Source of the DNA: Dehalococcoidia bacterium
Lineage (GTDB): Bacteria; Chloroflexota; Dehalococcoidia; UBA2979
NCBI GenBank assembly: GCA_028279505.1
Contig: JANQNP010000042.1
Location: 93-64,092 of the forward strand
Direction of reading: 5' to 3'
DNA length: 64,000 nucleotides
The notes under the pieces are model-generated. The model saw nothing but the letters and a program-made list of their open reading frames with translations, was not told the origin of the DNA and did no database searches. The position numbers and the translations under genes are program-made. Of this stretch, positions 1 through 7,841 are shown piece by piece. How positions within the stretch are numbered: the stretch's first letter is position 1; each line of letters opens with the position of its first letter.

Positions 1-7
1 CGAGGAC

Positions 8-661
8 GTGACGCAGCTCATCACCCCGGAGCCCGAGGTCCTCGCCGACGAGCCGCGACCGGCGACTCCCGAACCTGGCGAAGCCGACGCGCCGGCGCCA
101 ACGGCACCCACCTCGACGTCGGGAGCGGCGCCCCCGGCCGGAGCGGTACCTGGAGCGCCGGAGCGCGGGTGGCCGCTCGTGGGACGGCCCTGGTGGATCG
201 GGGGCGGGATCGCGGCGATCGTCATCCTCGTGATCATCGCGGCGCTGGCCAGCGACGGCGACGAAAGCCCCGAAGCGGACGTGAACAGCGGCGACTCGCT
301 GATCATCGCCGGCGAGTGGAGTTACAACTTCATCATCGAATCCAACAGCTGCCCGTTTGGGCCGCTGCCCGGCGGGGTGTTCACGCTGACCTACCGGCTG
401 GTCGACCTCGATGTACAGGACGAGCTCGTGCAGGAAGGCGAGCTGGTGGAGATCACCGAGTGGCCCTCGGGTCAGTTCATCGACCAGCTGGTGTTCACCT
501 ATCCGAACTTCTCGTGGACCTACCCCGCGACGGCACCCGGCGCCAGCGGCTTCGTCACGGTCAACAACACCTATTTCAACCAGTCCACCGGGCGGGCGGA
601 GCTCTTCGAGAGCTACGAGCTCGACTCCGGCGGTACCTGCGCGATCAGTGGCACGGAGTGA
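8..661 (+). CDS. Hypothetical single-pass membrane protein with a Pro/Thr-rich N-terminal tail. The 5' end may lie upstream of the window.
   Basis: Open frame starts at GTG 8 with no upstream stop before the window edge. N-terminal TPEPE/ATPEPG/PTAPTSTSG low-complexity tail, one hydrophobic helix (WWIGGGIAAIVILVIIAALA), then a Cys-containing extracytoplasmic domain. Stop is 8 nt before the next gene's ATG. Confidence 0.4.
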   Translation: MTQLITPEPEVLADEPRPATPEPGEADAPAPTAPTSTSGAAPPAGAVPGAPERGWPLVGRPWWIGGGIAAIVILVIIAALASDGDESPEADVNSGDSLIIAGEWSYNFIIESNSCPFGPLPGGVFTLTYRLVDLDVQDELVQEGELVEITEWPSGQFIDQLVFTYPNFSWTYPATAPGASGFVTVNNTYFNQSTGRAELFESYELDSGGTCAISGTE

Positions 662-668
662 TGCACCG

Positions 669-2657
669 ATGAGCCCTGAACGGTCCGACCACAAGATCGC
701 CTGGGAGGACCCCGAGGCCGGCGACGGCGCGTACACCCTCCCCGAAGGCGACACCGTCGTCGGGCGCGCGGAGGATGCCGACGTGGTGCTGAATAGCCCA
801 CTGGTCTCACGCTCCCACGCACGCTTCGAGCGCGCCGGGCTGCGCTTGACGCTGCACGACCTCGGCAGCAGCAATGGCACGTTCGTCAACGGAGAGCGCA
901 TCACCGAGCACGTGCTCCGACCGGGCGACAACGTCCGAGTCGGCAGCGTCGCGCTGACGGTGACGCACCCGGTCGTCGAGCAGCAAGCGACCGTGCTCGC
1001 GCCGGCCTTCACCGTCGCGGAGGGTGTGCTCACGGACGACGGCGCCGGCGCACCCGCTTCGATGCTGACGGCGGTCCTCCCGTTCGCCGACTCGCCGGTC
1101 GAGGAGGCGATGCCGGAGCGTGGCGTCGTCCCGGACGAGATGCTCCGTGACCCCGTGCTCTCCGAGGAAGCGCTCGCGGCTGCCGGTGTGGAGGTGACCG
1201 AGACCGAGTACATGGCCCTCGGCGGGGGTGTCGGCAGCTTCGTGTTCACCGACCTGCTGCGGACCTCGGGGGTGGCGGCCTCCGACATCACGGTGATCGG
1301 CAACGAGCGCGTGCCCTATGCCCGCTATCAGCGCCTCTGCATCAACTCGCAGATCCCGGCGTCCGAGCGGCTGCGTTCGAACTCGGACTCCTGCCCGGAC
1401 AACGTCTGGGGCTTCCCCGGCTACGCGACGCGCGAGGCGTGGCGTGCGGTCCGTTCGGGCAACCTCGGCGAGGCGGCCAGCTTGCTCTGGTCGATCTTCG
1501 GCGAGCCGGCGGTTGCACAGACGTACACGCCGATATCCGGAGACGTCTTCGACTCGATCGATCGTGAGGCGGAGCGCATCGGCTGGGACGAGATGCTGCG
1601 CGAGGGTCGCATTCGCGCGATCCGCAAGACCGATCGAGGACGGGTTGCGGCCGTCGTCTCGACGAGCACGGGGACCGAGCGGCGGCACTCGGTGGTTGCC
1701 GGACGGTTCGCCCAGTTCGCGCTCGGCTACCCGGCGATCCAGATGCTGCCGGACCTCGCGACGTACCGGGAGCAGACCGGCGATCACTTCCACATCGTCA
1801 ACGCCTACGAGGACCACGACGCCGTCTACGAGCACCTGCGGGAACACGGCGGGACGGTCATGATCCGCGGTCGTGGCATCGTCGCGTCGCGGGTGCTGCA
1901 GAAGCTGTGGGAAGACCGCGCGGTCAATCCGAACATCAACGTGGTCCACCTCCATCGCTCACGCCTCGCGGAAGGACACCAGTACGGCCGCTCCGCGCGG
2001 AAGGTCGAGGAGCAGTTCGAGTTCCAGCCCTTCAACTGGCCGAAGTCCTGCTGGGGCGGCGAGCTGCGCGACCTACTGGAATCCTCGGACGACGCGAAGC
2101 GCGCCGAGTTGCTCGGCGCCTGGGGCGGCACCACGACTGCCTCGCGCGACGATTGGCGCGAGCTCGTCAAACAAGGCGTTCGCGAGGGCTGGTACCGGCC
2201 CGAGTTCGGCTCGGTACGCGAAGTGGTGCCGAGTGACGACGGCCGCGTGACGACGCGGATCGACAGCACCGCAGCCGAAGGCAGCACACTGGAGGTCACA
2301 ACCGACTTCGTGATCGACTGCGTCGGTCTGGAGGCGGGCCCCGAGCGCAGCCCGGTCATCCACGACCTGATGGAGATGTACGATTTGCCGCTCAACCCGC
2401 TCGGCCGGTTGAAGGTGAACGATGACTTCGAACTGCCGGGCCTGAGACACGACTCCGCGCGCGTCTACACAGCCGGGGCGGTCACCCTCGGTGGGCCGTA
2501 CGCCGCCGTCGATAGCTTCCTCGGCCTGCAGTACTCAGCGCTGCGGGCGGTCGAGTCGATCCTCGCGAGCGGGATGCAACCGCGAGGGCTGCGGCCGCTG
2601 CGCGGCCTCTACTCGTTCAAGCAGTGGGTGCGGTGGGCGCAGGGGGTCGCGCCGTGA
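669..2657 (+). CDS. FHA domain-containing FAD/NAD(P)-binding oxidoreductase (two dinucleotide-binding domains)
   Basis: ATG at 669 (MSPERSDHKIAWEDPEAG). Canonical FHA motifs present (GR...SRSHARF...DLGSSNGTFVNGERI). Downstream are GGGVGS and GRGIVAS Rossmann-type glycine motifs. The C-terminus (DFVIDCVGLEA...VYTAGAVTLG) is typical of pyridine-nucleotide/flavin oxidoreductases. The tool ORF from 411 is an out-of-frame upstream extension. Confidence 0.6.
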   Translation: MSPERSDHKIAWEDPEAGDGAYTLPEGDTVVGRAEDADVVLNSPLVSRSHARFERAGLRLTLHDLGSSNGTFVNGERITEHVLRPGDNVRVGSVALTVTHPVVEQQATVLAPAFTVAEGVLTDDGAGAPASMLTAVLPFADSPVEEAMPERGVVPDEMLRDPVLSEEALAAAGVEVTETEYMALGGGVGSFVFTDLLRTSGVAASDITVIGNERVPYARYQRLCINSQIPASERLRSNSDSCPDNVWGFPGYATREAWRAVRSGNLGEAASLLWSIFGEPAVAQTYTPISGDVFDSIDREAERIGWDEMLREGRIRAIRKTDRGRVAAVVSTSTGTERRHSVVAGRFAQFALGYPAIQMLPDLATYREQTGDHFHIVNAYEDHDAVYEHLREHGGTVMIRGRGIVASRVLQKLWEDRAVNPNINVVHLHRSRLAEGHQYGRSARKVEEQFEFQPFNWPKSCWGGELRDLLESSDDAKRAELLGAWGGTTTASRDDWRELVKQGVREGWYRPEFGSVREVVPSDDGRVTTRIDSTAAEGSTLEVTTDFVIDCVGLEAGPERSPVIHDLMEMYDLPLNPLGRLKVNDDFELPGLRHDSARVYTAGAVTLGGPYAAVDSFLGLQYSALRAVESILASGMQPRGLRPLRGLYSFKQWVRWAQGVAP

Positions 2658-3088
2658 CACCCAGCCTCGCTGGTCGGTGGCAGAGCCGCCTGTTCGTCCT
2701 CGGCACGATCGGCGTGATCGTGTCCGCCCTGTTCGCCGTCAGCCTCAGCGATCCCGGGGTTGGCGGGGGCGTGTACTTCGTGATCCTCTTCTACGTCGCG
2801 CTGTTCGGCCTCGCGTGGGACGTCGCGTTCATCGGTGTCCAGCGCCTGCGCTGGGATCGCGACTGGCCGCCGGTCTTCCAGGTTGCCGCCGGCATCGTGG
2901 AGGGACTCGTCCTGTTCCTCCTGATCGACGGTGGCGGTCTGCCGGGAATCCCCGAGCAAGGGGTCCCGTTTGGCAGCCGGTTCCTCCCGCACTACGGGTT
3001 GGTGTGGCTGTTAAGCTTCCTGTGGCTACAGGGGCCGATGCGCGTGCTCTCGACGCGCTGGCGCTTCTTCGGTGGGCGGCTCGTCTAG
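2654..3088 (+). CDS. Small polytopic membrane protein, translationally coupled (GTGA) to the FHA-oxidoreductase
   Basis: GTG at 2654 overlaps the TGA of the upstream gene. About four hydrophobic segments (LFVLGTIGVIVSALFAV, VYFVILFYVALFGLAW, GIVEGLVLFLLI, LVWLLSFLWL). Confidence 0.45.
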   Translation: MTPSLAGRWQSRLFVLGTIGVIVSALFAVSLSDPGVGGGVYFVILFYVALFGLAWDVAFIGVQRLRWDRDWPPVFQVAAGIVEGLVLFLLIDGGGLPGIPEQGVPFGSRFLPHYGLVWLLSFLWLQGPMRVLSTRWRFFGGRLV

Positions 3089-3843
3089 TCCGCCCGGGGG
3101 ATACACAGATACCGCCGCGACCCCACCTCAACGACATCGCTGAACGCGAGCCGACGCTCAGCCGCGAGTGCTTCGCCGTTCGCACGCGCCCCATGGGCGG
3201 GTGTCAGCCACAGCTCACCGTCCCTCAGCTCGATCCGCGGTCCGCCGTTCGAGGCAGCGCTCGCGGCGTCGTCCATCGTCATCGACGCCACGCCCTCGCC
3301 GTCGAACGTGAGCGTGTTGCTGGCCAGCAGATCGAAACGCTCCCCGTCGGCGCTGACCACGCGGCACACGACGGGCTGGCGTCCGACCATCGTCGGCGCG
3401 TTGACCAGCGACGAACCGCAGTACCAGCAGTCGTACTGGCCGACCGGGTTCTCGCGCCCACAGTGGTGGCATGCGACGCCGAGCTCGCGCGCGGCTGCGT
3501 CGAGGTCGTGAAAGGTGATCGCGGCGGGGCCAGCCTCGATCACGTCATGGTCCTCGAGCGGTCGACTGGCCTCCACCGATTCGCCGTTGACGAGCGTCGG
3601 GTTGGTCTGGCTGAGGTGCTCCAGCACGAAGCGTTCATCCGCGCGAACGACGCGCGCGTGCTGGCGCGAGAGCGCCGGCAGTTCGATCGACACGGTCGCG
3701 TCGGTCGCACGACCAATCGAGGCCGGCGCGTCGTCCGGGATGCTCGCGACGCACAACTGCTCGTCGTCGATCCAGGTCAGCGCGGCTCGCGGCATCAGGC
3801 GGTGTTCCTCGCTGCAGCGTGCGGGTGACAGTAGGCGGGTCAT
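3085..3843 (-). CDS. FHA domain protein with a central zinc ribbon and a C-terminal FHA-like domain
   Basis: FHA signature (IGRATDATVSIELPALSRQHARVV...LSQTNPTLVNGESV). CxxC...CxxC ribbon (CHHCGRENPVGQYDCWYCG). C-terminal segment has FHA-like character (RIELRDGELWL...VVEVGSRRY). An alternative ATG lies at 3795. Confidence 0.55.
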   Translation of the reverse strand: MTRLLSPARCSEEHRLMPRAALTWIDDEQLCVASIPDDAPASIGRATDATVSIELPALSRQHARVVRADERFVLEHLSQTNPTLVNGESVEASRPLEDHDVIEAGPAAITFHDLDAAARELGVACHHCGRENPVGQYDCWYCGSSLVNAPTMVGRQPVVCRVVSADGERFDLLASNTLTFDGEGVASMTMDDAASAASNGGPRIELRDGELWLTPAHGARANGEALAAERRLAFSDVVEVGSRRYLCIPRAD

Positions 3844-3867
3844 GATACTGCCGAACTGCTGTCAGCC

Positions 3868-5733
3868 GTGACTGACGGTGTCGACGCCGGGCCCGCCGTG
3901 GGGGGCGCACTGGCAGCGCCGGCGTTGGAGTTGTTCGTCCTGGGCGAGGACGGCAGCCGCGAGCCGATCACCGCCCCGCCGGCCCGGTCGCTCACGATCG
4001 GGCGCGAGGGTTCAGACGTCGAGATCGATGACCCGCTATTGAGCCGCCGTCACGCTCGCCTGACCCGGGACGGCGATGCCCTTGTCGTCGAGGACCTCGC
4101 CAGCGCGAACGGCACCCACCTCGAGCGCGGTCAGGACCTGATCGCGGTCGACGGTCGCGCGGTGCTGCACCCGGGCGACGTACTGCGCGTCGGCGCGCAA
4201 CGACTGGCGGTCGACGTGCCGGCGCGCCGCGACGAGGACCGCCCATGGGAGCAGGCGGTCGAGGCGAAGACCGTGGTCGCCGGTTTCGCCAATTTCTTCG
4301 CGGGCTTCATGGTCTGGGCGTTGGTCCCCGTGTTCGCGAAGAGCATGGCGACCGAGATCGGCGCGGACCCCGCCGGGCTCACCCCACTGCTCCTCGCGGC
4401 GGTCCCCGTCTTCAGCGGCGCGGCGTCCCGCATGGTGTTCGGCGTCTGGACGGACATCCGAGGTCCGTTCCTCCCGGGCACGGTCAGCCTCCTTGTAGCG
4501 GCGGTGCCCTTGCTCGCGCTGTGGCTCGCGGGCGACCGTGCGGCCGTGGTGTGGCCGGCGGTCGCGATCCTCGGCGTGGGGCTGGCGGCGTTGCCGATCT
4601 CGATCCCGATGGGCGCGCAGCGCACGGCGCCGCACCAGCGTGGGTTCGCCCTCGGAGTGATCAGCGCGGGCTCGGTCGGTGTCGGCACCGCGGCGATCGG
4701 CGGCCCGCTGCTGGCCGAGGCGATCGGCTGGCGTGAGACCTGCGCGGTGGCAGTCGTGCCGCTCGCCGTCTCGACCGCTGTGTTCGCCTGGGGCAGCCGC
4801 GGCCACTGGTCGTCGCCAACTGCCAGTGAGCGCGCCCGGCTCGTTGCCGATCCAGGGCTCTGGTACGTCTCGGTGCTCTACGGCATCACCTTCGGCGGCT
4901 TTGCGGCGCTCTACTCGTTCCTGCCTGTCCCGCTGCAGGAGGGGGAGTTTGCCCTCGATCCGCGCGAGGCGGCGCTCGTCGTCGCGATGGGTGCGCTATT
5001 CGGCAGCGCCGTCCGGCCGCTCGGCGGGGTGCTCGCCGACCGCAGCGGGACGATCACGGTCCTGCCCTACATCTACGGGGCGACGACGCTGCTGCTGCTC
5101 GTCGCCGCCAACGCGCCCGTCGCCGGGGGGATCGTGCTGCTCGTCGCGACGATGACGGTGCTCGACCTCGGGACCGGTTCGGTGTTCAAGCTCGCCACGC
5201 AGCGCTTCGGCACAGCACTCGGGACCGGCGCCGGGCTCGTCGGCTCGCTGGGTGGGTTCGCCGGATTCTTGATCTTCCTGCTGATGCTCGTCGTGTATCG
5301 CGCGGCGGGCGAGATCGCGCTGGCGCTGGCCTGCGTCGTGGCGATCACCGCCGCCGCCACGGTGGGCATGGTGATTGCCGCGCGGCTGCGACCGAGCGCG
5401 ATCCGCAGGTACGTGCCACCTCGGGCGCCGCGCCTCGAGCTGCTCGACTCGTACGGACGACCTGCCGAGGGTTGGTCGGTCGGCGAGGAGCTGACGATCG
5501 GCCGGTCGCCCGCGCAGCAGGTCTTTCTGCCGCTCGACGACCTCGTCAGTCGGTCGCACGCTCGGCTCGAGTCGAGCGCCGACGGGATCGTGCTCGAGGA
5601 TCTCGGGAGCACGAACGGGACGCACGTCTGGGCGGACGAGCGGTGGACGCAGGTTGCGCGCCAACGGCTACGCGACGGCGACGTGGTTGTGGTCGGCGCG
5701 ACGGTGTTCCGCTTCAGCGCGAACGGGAGCTGA
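3868..5733 (+). CDS. FHA - MFS transporter - FHA fusion protein
   Basis: N-terminal FHA (TIGREGSDVEIDDPLLSRRHARL...DLASANGTHLERG). About 400 aa polytopic core with MFS-like helices (FANFFAGFMVWALVPVFAKSM...). C-terminal FHA (TIGRSPAQQVFLPLDDLVSRSHARL...DLGSTNGTHVWADE). GTG start sits 24 nt from the divergent gene. Confidence 0.65.
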   Translation: MTDGVDAGPAVGGALAAPALELFVLGEDGSREPITAPPARSLTIGREGSDVEIDDPLLSRRHARLTRDGDALVVEDLASANGTHLERGQDLIAVDGRAVLHPGDVLRVGAQRLAVDVPARRDEDRPWEQAVEAKTVVAGFANFFAGFMVWALVPVFAKSMATEIGADPAGLTPLLLAAVPVFSGAASRMVFGVWTDIRGPFLPGTVSLLVAAVPLLALWLAGDRAAVVWPAVAILGVGLAALPISIPMGAQRTAPHQRGFALGVISAGSVGVGTAAIGGPLLAEAIGWRETCAVAVVPLAVSTAVFAWGSRGHWSSPTASERARLVADPGLWYVSVLYGITFGGFAALYSFLPVPLQEGEFALDPREAALVVAMGALFGSAVRPLGGVLADRSGTITVLPYIYGATTLLLLVAANAPVAGGIVLLVATMTVLDLGTGSVFKLATQRFGTALGTGAGLVGSLGGFAGFLIFLLMLVVYRAAGEIALALACVVAITAAATVGMVIAARLRPSAIRRYVPPRAPRLELLDSYGRPAEGWSVGEELTIGRSPAQQVFLPLDDLVSRSHARLESSADGIVLEDLGSTNGTHVWADERWTQVARQRLRDGDVVVVGATVFRFSANGS

Positions 5734-5736
5734 CGA

Positions 5737-6246
5737 GTGGCGACGCTGTACTACCGGGTTGACGACGTCGAGGTGGATCGCGAACTCGATCGCGATCTAT
5801 CGATCGGCCGCGGGAGCGGGAACGAGCTCGTGATCCGCGGCGTGAGCGGCGTCAGCCGCCGTCACGCCGCGATCCGCCGGGCGGGTTCCGGGTACGTCAT
5901 CGAAGACCTCGGAAGCCGCAACGGCACGCGCATCGAGCGGGCCGGCTCCTCGATCGAGGTCGAGGGTGCGACGTCGCTCGCAGCGGGCGACACGATCGTC
6001 CTCGGTGAGTTGCGCGTCCGCTTCGAGGTGGCCCCGGCGGAGGCCACGGACGCGGCGGTCCGCAGCGCGACGTACGTCCCGGCAGTGACGCGCGTGGACG
6101 CGGGCGGGCCGGGGCCCTCGATGGCGACGCCGCCGGTGCCGACGGCGTCCGAAGGTGGATCGCGCTGGCTGCCGATCGCCGCCGGGGCGATCGCGGCCGG
6201 GGCGGCGGCGGCCACGGTCGTCGTGGTGATCGCGCGGGTGCTCTAG
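5737..6246 (+). CDS. FHA domain protein with a C-terminal transmembrane anchor
   Basis: GTG start is 3 nt after the stop of the FHA-MFS gene. FHA motifs present (SIGRGSGNELVIRGVSGVSRRHAAI...DLGSRNGTRIERAG). C-terminal hydrophobic helix (WLPIAAGAIAAGAAAATVVVVIARVL). Confidence 0.55.
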   Translation: MATLYYRVDDVEVDRELDRDLSIGRGSGNELVIRGVSGVSRRHAAIRRAGSGYVIEDLGSRNGTRIERAGSSIEVEGATSLAAGDTIVLGELRVRFEVAPAEATDAAVRSATYVPAVTRVDAGGPGPSMATPPVPTASEGGSRWLPIAAGAIAAGAAAATVVVVIARVL

Positions 6247-6316
6247 GCCGGACGAGGCCCACCGCCTCCAGTGCGCCGAGCGCACCTCGGGAGGCAGCCG
6301 CCGCGCCCTCACCGCG

Positions 6317-7627
6317 CTAGAAGCGGCCACCCGCGAAGTTGTAGGTGACGTTCTCCACCGTTTGCTCGAAGTAGACGCCCTGGACGGAACCATCAGCCCC
6401 GAGCACGCCCTGGTACACGCCGCGACGGAAGCCGAGGCGCTCCGGCGCGTTGTCGGTGATCTGGAAGGTGCCGTCGGCGCTCACGGCACCGGTGAGCGTG
6501 AACTCGCCGGTCTCCGGCCAGAGGCTGGTGCCGGTGATACCGCCGGCAGCGTCGATCACGAACTGGAATTCGTGCGCTGCCTGCGGATCGTTCACCACGG
6601 CTCCATAGGTCCCGGCGATCGAGGCCTGACCGTCTCCGCCTCCGCCGCCGGAGGGGGCCGCCGCGGCCGGCACGGGCAGCTCGACGCCCTGCAGCGTGTT
6701 CGAGTCGAAGAGCGACAGGAGCGTGTGGATGTGCCGGACGTGCACACCGAAGTTGTTCGCGGCCTGCGCCTGCCGATCGAATTCGAACTCGCCAGGGTTC
6801 GTCGCGCTGGGAACGAGGACGATGCGCACGGTGCCGGCGTTGTTGATCGCCGCCACCAACCCACAGTGCATCATCGACGAGCCGCTGGTGCCCGGCGTGG
6901 TCGGCGCCTGGTGCTGATAGACGTCGAGGTTGCTTGCCGTCACCGCTTCCGTGTTGTTGTGCGAGCGCCTCGAGGTGACTGACCCGAGCAGGGACGTCGC
7001 CTGGGGCACGGTCACCCCCGGCTCGGTCGTGATGAACTCATCGACGTCACCCGGGAAGCCGACGATCTGCACGTCGTCGCCGATGCTCAGCACGCTGTTC
7101 GCCGGAGCCAGAGGGAGCGCCGTCGGCATCGCGTCGATTGAGGTGAACAGCGCGACGTCAGGCGAGGTCAGCGGATCGCCGGTGTAGTCCGGATGGACGA
7201 GCGACCGGGCGAGCCGGATCACCTTGCCGGTCCCGGACTGCACGCCCAGCACGTCGGAAAACTGCACACCCTGTGCCGCCGTGTCCTCGAACACGCGGGC
7301 GACGTGGGCGTTCGTCGCCAGTAGCCGGTCGCGCACTGCCCAGGCCGTGCCGATGAAGAGGTGCGCGACCGCCGGGCTACCGTCGGCGGCCTGGAACTGC
7401 GCCTCGCCGAAGATCTGATAGGTGGCGGCGTTCGCGCTATCGAAGGCGTCGCCGGTCGAGGGACAGGTGGCCGGGAAGCCCGCCTTCGCGAGCGGTCCGG
7501 TGGTCGAGCCGGAGTCAGACGGAGCCACCGTTGCGGTCGCGTCGTCTCCGTCGCTTCCACAGGCGGTGAGCAGCAGCGCCAGGGCCACACCCCCGACCAG
7601 CATTGCGCGAGTCCACCAGCGCTGCAT
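6317..7627 (-). CDS. Secreted trypsin-like (S1/chymotrypsin-fold) serine protease, lipoprotein
   Basis: ATG at 7627 is preceded by GAGAGGG. Lipoprotein signal present (MQRWWTRAMLVGGVALALLLTACGSDG). His (TNAHVA), Asp (PDVALF) and Ser (TPGTSGSSMM) triad-like motifs. The longer tool ORF to 7894 has no lipobox context. Confidence 0.6.
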   Translation of the reverse strand: MQRWWTRAMLVGGVALALLLTACGSDGDDATATVAPSDSGSTTGPLAKAGFPATCPSTGDAFDSANAATYQIFGEAQFQAADGSPAVAHLFIGTAWAVRDRLLATNAHVARVFEDTAAQGVQFSDVLGVQSGTGKVIRLARSLVHPDYTGDPLTSPDVALFTSIDAMPTALPLAPANSVLSIGDDVQIVGFPGDVDEFITTEPGVTVPQATSLLGSVTSRRSHNNTEAVTASNLDVYQHQAPTTPGTSGSSMMHCGLVAAINNAGTVRIVLVPSATNPGEFEFDRQAQAANNFGVHVRHIHTLLSLFDSNTLQGVELPVPAAAAPSGGGGGDGQASIAGTYGAVVNDPQAAHEFQFVIDAAGGITGTSLWPETGEFTLTGAVSADGTFQITDNAPERLGFRRGVYQGVLGADGSVQGVYFEQTVENVTYNFAGGRF

Positions 7628-7841
7628 CGTCAGCCCTCTCGACGCGTCATTGATTTCGGGAGCGGAGCCTATCATCGGCCCCTGAGAGGGTCGAGATGAG
7701 ACCGACAGACGCTCTCCCAGCTGGCTCAAGTCTTGCCACGATCGACCTGCCGACGGGCCCGGGACCGGAGCGCCAGGCGCTACTCCAGCCTCTCGTCCCA
7801 GCACACGGGCACCAGTCGCATGAGGGCGACGGGGCGGGACG

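Noticed and set aside
807-1955. 382-aa antisense ORF opposite the FHA-oxidoreductase gene, and many similar Arg/Ala-rich antisense ORFs (e.g. 9919-11580, 11814-14243, 16290-17681, 19189-20586, 28783-30084, 32227-33927, 45068-46876, 56177-57250)
   Set aside because: These are typical high-GC shadow ORFs. They have Arg/Pro/Gly-rich composition and no domain signatures. Each overlaps a well-supported gene on the opposite strand.
411-2657. Tool ORF extends the FHA-oxidoreductase about 86 codons upstream (Ser/Arg/Pro-rich), overlapping ORF 8-661 in another frame
   Set aside because: The upstream extension is low-complexity, out of frame with the neighbouring gene, and lacks a start context. ATG 669, 8 nt after the upstream stop, begins directly at the FHA domain.
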